A stretch of DNA of 63,720 nucleotides, counting the filler, from Folioceros fuciformis (lineage: Eukaryota): the NCBI GenBank assembly GCA_049999805.1. It is 13 parts of 13 records of this genome, joined end to end, with 100 filler letters (N's around TTAATTAATTAA, not from the genome) between each part and the next. Parts side by side here need not be neighbours in the genome. Positions count along the whole stretch, not along the records: positions 48,549 to 50,689 come from JBNGIO010001700.1; positions 50,790 to 55,136 come from JBNGIO010001701.1; positions 55,237 to 62,137 come from JBNGIO010001702.1; 10 more parts are not named here. The stretch is one strand, 5' to 3'. The notes beneath the pieces were generated by a model, which searched no databases, was not told the origin of the DNA, and saw nothing but the letters and a program-made list of their open reading frames with translations. The translations under genes and the position numbers were made by a program. Positions within the stretch are counted from its first letter, which is position 1. Each line of letters begins with the position of its first letter. Positions 49,355 through 61,324 of this stretch are shown here, piece after piece.

Positions 49355-50395
49355 TCAAACAAAAACAGGGTCGTCCTGGTTGGCTTCGGAGTCCACAACT
49401 ACATCTAAATCATTCATGCCCTTGACTGCCACATTTGCGGTCTGGGGGAGGCCGGGCTTCTGAGGCTCCCCGGCTTTCTTCTTTCGGCATTCCCGCGCCC
49501 AGTGGCCGGGAGTACTGCACCAGTTACAGTTGCCTGTCCGGCGAGGTGGAGCAGAGGTCGAAGCGCCCTTGGAGGTGTTGGCTTGCTTCCCATTCGCCTT
49601 CCCGGGCCTGGGACGAGCAGCGAGCGCCTTATCAGCCTTGGGCTTGGACCCGCCTGCTGAGGTAAGGCGACTTTGCTCGTGTTGATAAAGTGCTCCAATG
49701 ATCTCCTCCACAGTAATAGAGGAGATAGAGCCGGTGGCGCCACGTGTTGACATCAGCATCAAACTGGTGACGAAATGCTGATAAGAGTGTGGTAGGCTCA
49801 TCAATAGCTGGGCGGCAGCGTCGGTCTCGGACATAGTCGAGCCGAGGGACGCCAACTGTCCTCGTAGCTGCCGGAATCTTGAAGTATGGGCAGCCACTGT
49901 GTCGGACTCCCTCATCTTGAGTGCATTGAACTCCTGCCTGACGCTATAGAGAGTCAGGACATTGTTGACGTTGTAGGTGTTGGCAAGCTGGTTCCAAATG
50001 GCAGAGGCCTCGGCGAGGAACTCGATACTGGGAACCAGGCTTGAGTCCAAGCCGCTGATGATAAGGGCGATGGCGATCCCGTTGAGGATGTCCCACCACT
50101 CGATGTCGGCCGCAGAAGGCGCAGGGGTAGAGGTGGGTGATGGCTTGGGGTAGCTGCTGTCCATGACCTTCCATACGCCTCTGCCGGTGAGCAAGAACTT
50201 CATCCGGACTCGCCATACTGGATAGCGCTGTCCGTTGAAACGGTCTTGCTCCTTGATTTGCTCGGTGAACATTGGAATGGCACCCGATGCTGGGACTGGA
50301 GAGCTGCTGGTGGCCATCATGGTTGTTGTATTCAAAGAAAGTGAGTTCAATTGCTGGATGAGCTGGTCCAGAAAAGTGTTGGCGCCTGAGGTCAT
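49355..50395 (-). CDS. Copia gag (346-aa open frame, truncated before the protease)
   Basis: RFNGQRYPVWRVRMKFLL, LKMRESDTVAAH, LLMSLPHSY, knuckle CNWCSTPGHWAREC. Confidence 0.9.
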   Translation of the reverse strand: MTSGANTFLDQLIQQLNSLSLNTTTMMATSSSPVPASGAIPMFTEQIKEQDRFNGQRYPVWRVRMKFLLTGRGVWKVMDSSYPKPSPTSTPAPSAADIEWWDILNGIAIALIISGLDSSLVPSIEFLAEASAIWNQLANTYNVNNVLTLYSVRQEFNALKMRESDTVAAHTSRFRQLRGQLASLGSTMSETDAAAQLLMSLPHSYQHFVTSLMLMSTRGATGSISSITVEEIIGALYQHEQSRLTSAGGSKPKADKALAARPRPGKANGKQANTSKGASTSAPPRRTGNCNWCSTPGHWARECRKKKAGEPQKPGLPQTANVAVKGMNDLDVVVDSEANQDDPVFV

Positions 50396-50789
50396 AAAAG
50401 CCGAGCTTCGAAGTCGAAGCTGGTCACTTCCTTAGAAAGTATATACAGAAGAGAAAAGTACAGCCACGAGAGTTCAAGGAAACATTCTCAAGTTCGATGG
50501 GTGAGCAGCCGGAGATGTGCCGGGATCTGGCTCTGTAAGTCGCCGGAGCCGGAAGATGAGGTCCACGAGCTCGTCGGCGGTCCTCTCCAGCTGGCCCCAC
50601 AGTTCCTGAGTTTGGTATGCTAAGGCTGTCGGTGATGGCATCGTCGGGGGCTCCGTCTTCACGTAGCACTCAGGGGTAGGCGCTGGCAGNNNNNNNNNNN
50701 NNNNNNNNNNNNNNNNNNNNNNNNNNNNNNNNNTTAATTAATTAANNNNNNNNNNNNNNNNNNNNNNNNNNNNNNNNNNNNNNNNNNNN

Positions 50790-51768
50790 CATCTGCTTTC
50801 GGATGCCGGACCCAACTGTCTCTTCTCCTACCAGCGCTCAACGTGAACCTTGCCACCGTTGTGGTCGCTGGTGATCCACGCTTTGGCTTCCAGCTTCAAG
50901 ACTCCTCTGGTCTATTAGTTATGTCTGTGCCCCCCACACTCAAGTCCATAAGAACATTCTTCATAGCGTGAGCACACTTCTCACTTTGTCCAAGATTGTT
51001 GAATCTCACGATTACGCATCAAGAACTGCCAGAGCCTGAAGCGTCAAAACGCCTCTTGCATCGTCTTGGGTCCAAGACCTCACGACTGCAAGGTGACAAG
51101 AGCCTGAAGCATCAAAATGCCTCTTGCATCGTCTTGGGTCCAAGACCTCACGACTGCAAGGTGACGGATCTCCTGGAGCTGAAATCCTCTGGCGTTTGCA
51201 CACTTGCACTTTCTCATTCGCAGCTTCTTTTTCCTTGCACCTTTCGCACGTGATCCCCATCCTTCCTGAATGATCACACTCCCACTCCCGTGATCGCTCC
51301 TCCGTCATGAGCTTTCGTACCAACAGGCACAAATCCAATCAAAGATTTGGCTATTTTTTGGAGTTGTGTCTCCTGCATGATCAACCGGGCTCTAATACCA
51401 GATGTAAGTGGAGATGCGCCGAGACATCTCGCAAACGTGGGGTCGAACTGCCAGAAGCAAGGAGGCCTCCGTCCAGGAATCGAGAACCCTGATTAGAGGA
51501 GCCCTTAGTTCTTTGTACCCCGCCTTCTGGGTCCGACCGTTTCGTTTCCTAAGCTAAGTTAACTACTGGATTGGTTAGTAACTGATTGGTGTTAGCTTAA
51601 TCCTGCTCGATCTAACCTCTAATTCTGACCTTGTTTCCTTCGTCTAGCTCTAGCGGCTATGTCCTAGGCCTGCCCTATGCGTACTTTGCTGCGACCATTC
51701 CCCGTATGCCAACAGCACCATCTGGACGCTGATTAGGTGTCCAGTCCTTCTCGTTGAGCTGCTCTCAT
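50790..51768 (-). mobile_element. 5' end of an LTR retrotransposon: mutated PBS-Met 51389-51400, LTR from 51403; 68-bp tandem duplication 51031-51165
   Basis: GCTCTAATACCA followed by GA-TGTAAG; duplicated AGAGCCTGAAGC...GCAAGGTGAC. Confidence 0.6.
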
Positions 51769-53929
51769 CTGGTGAGAAAATCTCATCAAAGTCAATACCT
51801 TGCTGTTGCTTAAAACCCTTAGCAACCAATCGTGCCTTGTACTTGGGTTTGCCATAATGGGGTATGTCCTTCATTTTATACACCCATTTGCATGGCAATG
51901 CTTTCTTGCCCATAGGCAACCGAACCAACTCCCAAGTTTGGTTCTTATGGAGTGAATCCATCTGTGACTACATCGCCTTCTCCCACTTGTCCTTGTTAGT
52001 CATTGATATGGCCTCTTGATAATAAGAGGGCTCCCTACAATCCGTCAGCATGACATAATCAAGAGATGCAACATACCTATCAGGAGGACGTGAAATCCTT
52101 TCTGACCTACGAAGCACAGGCGCCTCGATTGGAGCTGGTTGCACTCTCTCTTCTTCTACAAGTGGAGGAATGGGTTCCTGCACATCACGACGTTCAACCT
52201 ACGCAGGACGGTCAAGACCATCTTCTTGGAAGACCACCCGTCGCACCTCCACATTTGGAATAGGCTTCTTGCGCATCTTAGTCTCATTGAAGAACACGTC
52301 ATTGTTGCGAACAACCCTCTTGGCCTTTGGATCCCATAGATGGTATCCCATCTCACCAGATTCACCATAGCCAAGAAAAATACATTTCTTGGACTTGGGT
52401 GCCAACTTGTCCCGAAACTCCTTTGGAACATGGCAGTATGCCTTGCAGCCAAACACTCGTAGATGCTTGTATGACGGCTTCTTTCCAGACCACATCTCCT
52501 CTGGAACTTGCTCATCCACAGCTTATTAGGAGATCTGTTAATAATATGCACTGCTTTAGCCACTGCTTCTGCCCAAAATCCATTAGGCAATCCAAAGTTT
52601 GACAACAAACTACGCATCCTCTCCTAGATGGTCTTGTTCATCCGTTCAGCCACACCATTCTAGGAGGAGGGTACGGGGCAATCAATTCTCTCTTGATTCC
52701 CTTGGAATCACAGAATGACTGGAAAGCCTTCGAAACATACTCTTCCCCATTGTCTGTCCTTAGACACTTTACTCGGAGGCCAGACTGATTCTCCACAAGG
52801 GTGACGAATTTCTGAAACACTGTCACAACATCATCCTTTTTCCTCGAAGGATAAACCCATACCTTCCGTGAGAAATCATCTATGAAAGTCACAAAATAGG
52901 ATGCACCGCCTAATGATACAATGAGCATAGGTCCACAAATGTCACTGTGAACCAATTCAAGAGGTTTACTTTTGTGTTTACTTCTTGCTCCATGTGGTGA
53001 CTTCGTCTGTTTCCCGTACAAACAGTGCTCACACACGAAGAAATCGGAGAAGTCAAAAGCAGGAACGTAACCAAAACGAGATAAGATCTTCATTCCTTTT
53101 TGAGACATATGTCCTAACCTACAATGCCACTAGGAAACACTTAGCTGTTCCGTTATACAAATCACATGATCCTTTACCGTGGTGACTTGAAGTGAGTACA
53201 AAGTGCCACACTTCAATCCACAAGCTAACACAACAGAACCTTTGGAGATCTTCCAAGAATTATCCCCAAACCAACAGTGATAGCTAGTGTCATCCAACTG
53301 CCCTATGCTAATTATGCTTTTTGTCAACTTCGGAACATGACAAACATCCTTCAGTATGAATGAAGATCCGTTGTCAAACTTCAGCTACACATCACCAATG
53401 CTTGCAATCTTGCATGTGTAGTTATTTCCAAGTCAAACACATCCTTTCCTAGTAGCATATATGAGCTAAACCACTCCCTATGCGGAGTAACATAGAAAGA
53501 TGCTCCATAGTCAATTGTCCAATTAGAGAATAAGGGACTATCCACGACTGTTAACGGTGCAGAATTGAAGGAAGAAGAGATAAGAACATCTCTATCGTCA
53601 ATAGAATTCACCTCGTCATGCTTGATACTCAGACTTGCCTTGTTGTCGCTCTACTTCTTCTCCTTTCCTTTGTCCTTTTTGAACTTCTTGCAGTCCCTTC
53701 TGATGTGACCCTTTTTGTGACAATGGTATCACTCAACATTGTTACGACTACAAGATTTGCTACGGGAAAGACTTCGCTCCTTGTACTTCGCCTTTGAAGT
53801 GGACCTTTGTCTCACCATGAGGGCAGTGGAACCTTTCGAAGGTTCCATATTCTTCATGTTCACATGTTCTATTAACATGCTACCTTCTACATTTACAATG
53901 GTGAGACCAATAGTAGGAGTGGAATTACC
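51769..53929 (-). mobile_element. Copia family A, copy 3 (gag end-PR-INT-RT start, degenerate)
   Basis: Collinear with 13920-16060; multiple stops and frameshifts. Confidence 0.95.
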
Positions 53930-54173
53930 TCGGGTTAATTAATTACTGATTCAGTAATTAATTACTTCTGATCAGTTACCTCGGATTTCTGGGGGTCTGT
54001 CCGCGTACGGGTGCATTGTTACGTAAATGTGGAGGGTAGGCCGTCTTGGGGTATCCCATCATGGGCATCGTTTCCTGAATTTGATAGGCATCCTCCAAGT
54101 AAGCCTCCTCCTCTTCCTCTTCACATTCCACGATCTGTACCTTAACCTACGGACAACTCGCCCTCGAGTGCCC

Positions 54174-55136
54174 CTACTGTCCGCATGTCGAACAAAAAAG
54201 ATTTGCCCTTCCCCCCGTCGCGACCCTCCTCTTCTCATGGTCCTTTACAGCATTGATTTGCAGTTTTTCCAGTTTGGCCAAAATCTCTCCCATCTTATTC
54301 CCTTGCTGTTCAACCTTCTTGGTTGCCAACTCTACCTCCTTCCTCACTTGCTCAGCCCCTCTCCTCGCACTCCTAGGCTCTACCTTGATCCTCCCCGACT
54401 CCCTATTTCTGGACTGAATTTTTTTTCGCGATCCCGGCTTACTCGACTGCCTGTGCTTCCTCCTTCTTCTCTCATCCTCCGATGAGTCTTCCTCTAAACT
54501 TGACGATTCCTCAGTGGTCTCGCTATCCGAAGCGGTACTCGAGGACCCCTCCTCCGCTGAGTCGTCCTCCGAGGAGGAGTGTTTCTTCCTTCCCTTAGAA
54601 TGTTTCTTCTTCCCCTCATAACTCCGTTTCTCCTCCTTCCAAGTCCTCTTTTTTACCTCTGCGTTGGATTCCTCATAATTCAGCGCAGCTCCTATGGCTC
54701 GCTCCAGATCCCTCTCCGCTTGCAAGCGCACGTGCCTGCCCATGGCTGACCCAAGACCCCTTGCAAACCACCGAATAGCCATTAGTTCCGAGTGAGGTCC
54801 CGCTCGATCTCGCAGACTGTGGAACCTCTCCACGTATGCTTGCAGTGTCTCCCTTTTCCTTCGCCGCAGCCCCTCCAATTTGGACAGGACATACCCTTCG
54901 ACATCCACCCCGCGGAATCGCTCAGAGAATGACCTCTTGAGCGCGTCGAAGGTGGCCGGAGGTGTTGCTGTCTTCAAGTACTCCCTCTTGTACCATTTGG
55001 CGGCGGCTCCTCGCAGAACTCCATAGAACAGCTGCACACGCTGTGCGTCATCCGCCTCCTGATTCGAGATGGTTAACTGTTCAAAACGCTCAACAAAGTC
55101 GTCAGGGTCCTCATTATTGGTAGGATAAAATAGGTT
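54174..55136 (-). CDS. Ty3/Gypsy gag fragment
   Basis: EDPDDFVERFEQ...LRGAAAKWY...FDALKRSFSERF...ETLQAYVERF, Ser/Arg-rich linker, knuckle start FCSTCGQ; same layout as gag 27017-29320. Confidence 0.88.
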   Translation of the reverse strand, partial: NLFYPTNNEDPDDFVERFEQLTISNQEADDAQRVQLFYGVLRGAAAKWYKREYLKTATPPATFDALKRSFSERFRGVDVEGYVLSKLEGLRRRKRETLQAYVERFHSLRDRAGPHSELMAIRWFARGLGSAMGRHVRLQAERDLERAIGAALNYEESNAEVKKRTWKEEKRSYEGKKKHSKGRKKHSSSEDDSAEEGSSSTASDSETTEESSSLEEDSSEDERRRRKHRQSSKPGSRKKIQSRNRESGRIKVEPRSARRGAEQVRKEVELATKKVEQQGNKMGEILAKLEKLQINAVKDHEKRRVATGGRANLFCSTCGQ

Positions 55137-55585
55137 NNNNNNNNNNNNNNNNNNNNNNNNNNNNNNNNNNNNNNNNNNNNTTAATTAATTAANNNNNNNN
55201 NNNNNNNNNNNNNNNNNNNNNNNNNNNNNNNNNNNNTATATACACGCAAATATGTAAAGGCACGAAACGTGCCCTAGTGAAACATCACCCGTCAACCATC
55301 GTACAGGTTCACGGGACACGGCCATAAAGGGCCTCACTCACACACATTCAAGTTGATTCATTCATTCATGCTTCTTTTCTACGCTAGTTTGTCGATCCTA
55401 TTTACGCTAGTTAGGTCAATAGGGGAATAAAAAGATATCAGCTCTGTAGGAGGATTTGATATTTTGTGTCAAAAGTTTGTTGGAGTTGTGTATTAAGGCA
55501 AGAATAGCTAAAGTAAAAATTCAAGAACTTTTTCAGGAGGTCATTTCTTTTCAACATAAAGATAACTCAGCGGCTAAGCAAAACT

Positions 55586-56060
55586 GTGGCATTTTGTGTG
55601 GATAATGGTCAAAGGACTTTCGAACAAAGAGTGAAAGTTAAGATGAGGATTGCATTTTTAGACAATAGCAAACAGGATTTCTTAATAGATGGCTTTGCTC
55701 CAGCAAAGTTGTTGATTGATTCGGGAGCTCAACCCACTTTGATACATTTTAGCACAACATATGCGATGGTATTAAGGAGAAGGGATGTATAAGAGACCAA
55801 GTAGAAAATTAGAATGGCTAATGGAGGTTTAGAGATGATGATGGTAGAGATAAAAGAAACATTACAGTTGTGCTTTAAGCTTGGAATTGAGGAGGAGACC
55901 ACTATAGAAATGAGGTGCTTGATTGTCAAATCTGGAAACTTTGATGTTATTCTACGAACAGAAGCTTTGTTTATGGAGGGGCTATGGACTTATGGATAGA
56001 AGAATTTTATTTTCGTCTAGGATGGCGACAAGGGGATGGAATGAATTTGGCAACTATTCC
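55586..56060 (+). pseudogene. Retropepsin (Gypsy-type aspartic protease), degenerate
   Basis: LLIDSGAQPTLI (DSG at 55718-55726)...KIRMANGG...CLIVKSGNFDVILRTE; in-frame stops and one frameshift. Confidence 0.82.
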
Positions 56061-56275
56061 ACTAAAGTTGCAGTGGAAGGAGGATGAGTAGGATGCATGT
56101 GTGGTGAACATGATGACTTCTTTAGGAGGACAGGATGAGGAGGATGAGGAAGATAAGTTGTGGGTGGTGTGTCATATGTGAGAGTTGTGCACTAATGAAT
56201 GCAGCGGTGTCAAAGTGGATGAGGATTCGATGAGACCAGATGTTGTTAGAGCATTAGCTAACATTTTTAGAGAGC

Positions 56276-57133
56276 TTGAAAAGGTACACTGAATTTCAAC
56301 TAGATGATAAGATTCATGCTTGTACAAAGCAGGTAGTATGTAAATTGGAAATTGTGTGTAATAAACTTGTGTCTTTGAGTTCATCGGTGCATGGATTGGT
56401 TGTGGTTGAGTTGTTTGCTAGAATTGCATCTGGTTTGGAGGCTGTACTGGCTGCTGGTTTTACAGTCAAATGTTACATTTATTGTGATCTAGATGAAGTT
56501 TGTCAAACTATTGCAAAGTCTAGATTGTTTAAGTTGTGTAGGAAGTATTTGGAGCGGTTGAAACTTGAGGCTGTCAAACAGTCATTTTCTACTCGGCCAC
56601 AAGATGTTAGGCTCATTGGGTCAGTGCAATTTCAGATGGTAGAGGAGATTGATCTTGTAGTTGTGGGTTGGGAATGTCAAGGGCACTCAATGGCAGGAAA
56701 AGGAAAAGGGCTAATGGATTATAGAATGTCAAGGGCACTCAATGGCAGGAAAAGGAAAAGGGCTAATGGATTATAGACCTGTGTTATTTTATGAGCTAGT
56801 AAGGATTTTAAATTTTACACAAGAACATCAAAAGAAGGAATGTGGGTATTTAATTGAGAATGTAGATTCTCATATGGATAGAAGGGTTCTATTGAGACAG
56901 GATTTTGAGGAAATCAAGTATTATTTGGGAGAGCGTATACGGTTGGATGCAGTACAGTTTGGATCAAGGGCTCATAGGCTTCGATGTTTTTGGAATAATA
57001 TGATTCACAAGCATTTGTTGCAGAGACATGTACATCGGTGGCATAGGAATGAGGAGCTTACAATTGATTAGATCTTGGATGAAGGGCGAGTGAGTAGGCG
57101 AGTGGTTTTGGATGATTGGCAACCCTTTTATTG
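56276..57133 (+). pseudogene. C5-cytosine DNA methyltransferase domain (DNMT3-like), retrotransposon-borne, frameshifted and truncated
   Basis: Motif I VVELFARIASG (FxGxG with G>R); motif II YIYCDLD; motif III QDVRLI; motif IV IDLVVVGWECQGHSMAG (catalytic Cys); motif V LFYELVRIL; motif VI YLIENV; motif VIII DAVQFGSRAHRLRCFWNN. Confidence 0.9.
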
Positions 57134-57748
57134 TGATGAAATATATCTAGTTTAGGGCACTATTCATTAGGGAACCTTACTTAAACATTATTATTATATA
57201 TCTAAGGCATTAAGTAGTTACTTAATTAGTTGCTCTAGATAGTTAGTTGTTATATTAGTTGCAACTTTTTAGTGGTTACAACAACTTATGGTTGTAACCA
57301 CTTAACCACCTAGCCTATAGAAAGGCTTGTACTCTTTACTTTCATAATTCCAAGCACATTGTAGCACTTTTGCCTAAGAGCTATTGATTCTCATCATGGT
57401 ATCAGAGCAAGTAGCTCTCTATGCTTGAGCTCTACACTCCTTGCTGCCCAATGCTACTCTAGCTCTCTTCTATTGCCAACAATGCATCGTGGAGGCTTCA
57501 TTCTGGGCAGCAATCAAGTATAGCATCAGGTGCTCTATGGATGCACCATTTGTGCATCCATTTCTTGTTCGCTCTCCATGGATTCTCGAAATCCTAGCGA
57601 ACATGGAAGAAGGTGGAAAGTTAAGACACAAAGAAGGAGGAGGCAACATCAAAACTTTATAGAAGCATCATCAGTGGAGTTTGAAACTAACTCCCCTATT
57701 AAATGTGATATGCTTGAAGTCCATGTTTGTAACCTCATATTTGGTCTT
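57134..57748 (+). mobile_element. LTR retrotransposon 5' end inserted in the DNMT: LTR 57134-57396, PBS-Met 57397-57408
   Basis: TGATGA...TCATCA perfect terminal inverted repeat followed directly by TGGTATCAGAGC. Confidence 0.88.
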
Positions 57749-60239
57749 TGAAGGAATGCTCTAGGAACCACATGGTGAAGGAGAAGAGAGGAGGAGGCAA
57801 GGAGGAGGAGAAACAGAGAACACACACTCACAATAGAGTCACACCAATACATGGGAGCTCAAGGGGGTATTTATACCCTCTAGAAGAGCTCCCTAGGAAG
57901 CTTCTCAAGAAGCCCACAGGAAGCTGCACAAAAAGCTTCCTATGGATTAGCTTAAGCTAATCTAAACTAATGATACTTAACTAGACACTAATCTTAGACT
58001 AAACATATTAGTCTAAGCACATTGGGCTTTAATAACCCTACAACCGCCCCCTTAAAGGCCAATTTACCTTCATAGGGGAGTGGTCTACCTCATGCCCATG
58101 AGTGTCCGAGCTTGTGCGAATTGCTCCCAAGAGAGCCCCTTGGTAAGAACATCTGCAGGTTTCTGACTAGTGTGAACTTTGACAAGCTGTACCCTCTTGT
58201 CTTCCAACACCTCTCGAATGAAGTGATACTTCACTTCCATATGTTTGGTCTTCGCATGAAACACTGGATTCTTCGCCAATTGGATAGCACTCTGGCTATC
58301 ACAATGCAACACTACGAACGCAACCTTGATCCCTAAATCTCCCACTAGACGAGCAAGCCAAATGGCTTCCTTGCATGCCTCAGTCTTTGCAACATACTCG
58401 GCCTCTGTGGTAGATAGCGTAATGCAAGATTGCAAACGAGATCGCCATGAAACTGCCTCTCCTGTGCACATGAAGACATAACCTGATGTGGACCTCCTTT
58501 TGTCCATATCCCCTGCATAATCAACATCCGTATATCCCACGATAGATGCATCTTCACTACCAAAACATAAGCACAAAGCTTTCGTACCATTCAAGTACCT
58601 CATAACTCCTTTCACTGCCTCCCAATGCTTCCTACCAGGGATTGACATAAACCTGCTAACCACTCCCACTGCAAAGGCAATGTCAGGACGTGTAACAATC
58701 ATTGCATACATCAAACTCCCTATAGCTGATGAGTATGGAACCTTCCCCATTTCAGCTTTGTCCTCCACAGAGCTTGGGCAATCCTTGCTCGATAGTTTCA
58801 CATATGGAGGCAACGGAGTACTTAATACCTTCCTCTTCTTCATATTAAAACGTTGAAGCACCTTGTTAATGTATTTAGTTTGAGACAAGTACAGCAAACG
58901 CTTGTGTCTGTCTCGACGAATACACATGCCAAGGATATGGCTTGCCACTCCCAAGTCTGTCATGTCAAAGCGATTATTCAACTTTGACTTCAACGCTGAA
59001 ATCTCATCACTATTAGTCCCAGCAATTAGCATATCATCCACATAGAGGACCATAATGAGCAAGCTTCCATCCTTAGCTTGCTTCGTATAGAGGCAATGAT
59101 CCTCATCGCTACACTTGTAGCCTTGAGAAAGCATAAATGAGTGGAACTTGAAATACCACTTCCTGGGTGCCTGCTTCAAACCATAAAGGCTCTTCTGTAA
59201 CCTGCACACCATATTCTCTTTGCCCTTCTCAATGAAACCCTCTGGTTGCTGCATGTATACCCCTTCCTGGAGATCACCATGCAAAAATGCCGACTTCACA
59301 TCCATCTGGACAAGTTCCATGTCAAGCCTCGCAACCAGACTAAGAACACATCGCAAGGTGGTCATTTTGACAACCGGTGAGAAAATCTCATCAAAGTCAA
59401 TATCTTGCTGTTGCTTAAAACCCTTCGCAACCAATCGTGCCTTGTACTTGGGTTTGCCATAATGGGGTATGTCCTTCATCTTATACACCCATTTGCATGG
59501 CAACGCCTTCTTGCCCTTAGGCAACCGAACCAACTCCCAAGTTTGGTTCTTGTGGAGCGAATCCATCTGCGACTGCATCGCCTTCTCCCACTTGTCCTTG
59601 TCAGTCAATGACATGGCCTCTTGATAACAAGAGGGCTCCCCACAATCCGTCAGCATGACATAATCAAGAGATGCAACATACCTGTCAGGGGAACGTCAGA
59701 TCCTGCCTGACCTACGAAGCAATGGCGCGTGGACCGGAGCTGGTTGCAATCTCTCCTCTTGTACAAGTGGAGGAACTTGTTCCTGCACATCACAACGTTC
59801 AACTTGCGCAGGACGGTCACTTGGGTGCCAACTTGTCTCGAAACTCCTTAGGAACATGGTAGTATGCCTCGCAGCCAAACACTCGTAGATGCTTGTATGA
59901 TGACTTCTTTTCAGACCACATCTCCTCTGGAACCTATTCATCCATAGCCCTATTAGGAGATCTGTTAATAAGATGCACCGCAGTAGCCACTGCTTCTGCC
60001 CAAAATCTGTTAGGCAATCCAGAGTTTGACAATAAACTACGCATCCTCTCCTGGATGGTCCTGTTCATCCGTTCAGCCACACCATTCTGGGGAGGAGTAT
60101 ATGGCGCAGTCAATTCTCTCTTGATTCCCTTGGAATCATAGAATGACCGGAAAGCCTTCGAGACATACTCTCCCCCATTGTCAGTCCTCAGACACTTCAG
60201 CCGGAGGCCAGACTGATTCTCCACAAGGGTGACAAATTT
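57749..60239 (-). mobile_element. Copia family A, copy 4: 3' LTR 57749-58042, PPT 58043-58056, open RT-RNase H ORF 58085-59656, partly deleted integrase
   Basis: LTR homologous to 16755-17049; AAGGGGGCGGT PPT; 523-aa ORF with YVDD, LHCDSQSAI and KTKHM; deletion at ~59820. Confidence 0.96.
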
Positions 60240-60350
60240 CCTAAAGGGTGTGACCTTTCACTAGCCTAGCTAATTAACCTTACACATAGTGTGCTAAGCT
60301 AACATGACTTAGGGTTACATAACTCTAGTGAACTGCTACCCCTTCTAACT
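60240..60350 (-). mobile_element. Partial LTR of the 31660-31864 family
   Basis: CCTAAAGGGTGTGAC...AACTCTAGTG...TACCCCTTCTAACT shared with 31755-31864. Confidence 0.85.
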
Positions 60351-61324
60351 CCTGTCCAAGGAAACCTCTTCCTTGCTCGATGCTTGCTTAGGATCAATCA
60401 TACATAGGAGGGGCAAGATCCCTTCCTTAACAGACCCAGCCTGCATCTGTCTCACTAATCTTTTCATCCTAGCTTCGTCTACCTCCCTTATCTGTGCGTC
60501 AGAGGTGATAAAAGACGCAGGATGCAAAATATCCACATGTAGATCAAACGTTGTGGACCTTATCCACTTGGCATGGGTCTTCTTCCTTATCCCATTCAGG
60601 TAGTCCTCATCTTGCGCTAACCTCTCAAACCTCTCTGTGTCTATTCCCACTTCCCGGGTTGGCTCTGGCTGCACTTGTTGCACTGCACCGCCCTTCCGTC
60701 TCTTTTGCTTCGTTGCTTTCCCTCTTGTTGCAGTGCCTGCTGCTTTTCACCATTTCGGCTGCAGAGATGTGGCTATGAAGACATACAGGAGGAGTAACAT
60801 CGGGGTCAGTGGTTAGTTTTTTAGCAATTAAATCCAGGAAGCCAGAAACAAATCCAAAGCAAAATGCTCAGCTTGCACACAACAGCCTCACCGGATGTCA
60901 TCTTCCACTATTCCGCACGAGATGCTGATGCTTTCCTCTTTCGCTGTTCTGGTGCGTTAGTAGACCGGCGCCCCTGGGTCACCCTCTTCCGCGGTGGAGT
61001 GATCTCCACAGGAGACTCCTCAGATGCATCACCCTTGTAGGAATTGCGGGGCGTCTCTAGAGCATCATTCAAATTGTCTTCAGCTAAGGAGTATTGAGCC
61101 ATCTCCTTGACTTCCTTCTCTTCGCTATGTTCTTGAACGTAGGGTGCCTCTTCTTCCAAAATCTCAGGTCGCATACGAGGCATCTTCTGCTTGTCTTTCA
61201 GAAATCCTACTGCACGAGTGTTAAGGACTCCGAATTCTGCTTGCACAGACTTTCGCTGCCGCTCCCCTGCAAGCCGCGCCACAAGGGCCCTGTTCTTCAG
61301 CACCGCGTCTCCTACACAGCGCAA
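60351..61324 (-). pseudogene. Degenerate, probably spliced gene with a charged N-terminus and a ParB/Srx-like segment
   Basis: ORFs 60908-61324 and 60345-60683; candidate GTGAGG...TTCATAG intron at ~60890-60773; QIREVDEARMKRLVRQM...ILPLLCMID. Confidence 0.35.

Noticed and set aside
50404-50421. 8-bp-arm hairpin just upstream of the Copia gag ATG as a dimerisation signal
   Set aside because: Short, single observation; could arise by chance.
56276-57133. Host DNMT3/DRM gene or bacterial contaminant MTase
   Set aside because: No recognisable introns and continuous with a retropepsin, motif order not permuted as in DRM, and interrupted by plant LTR elements.
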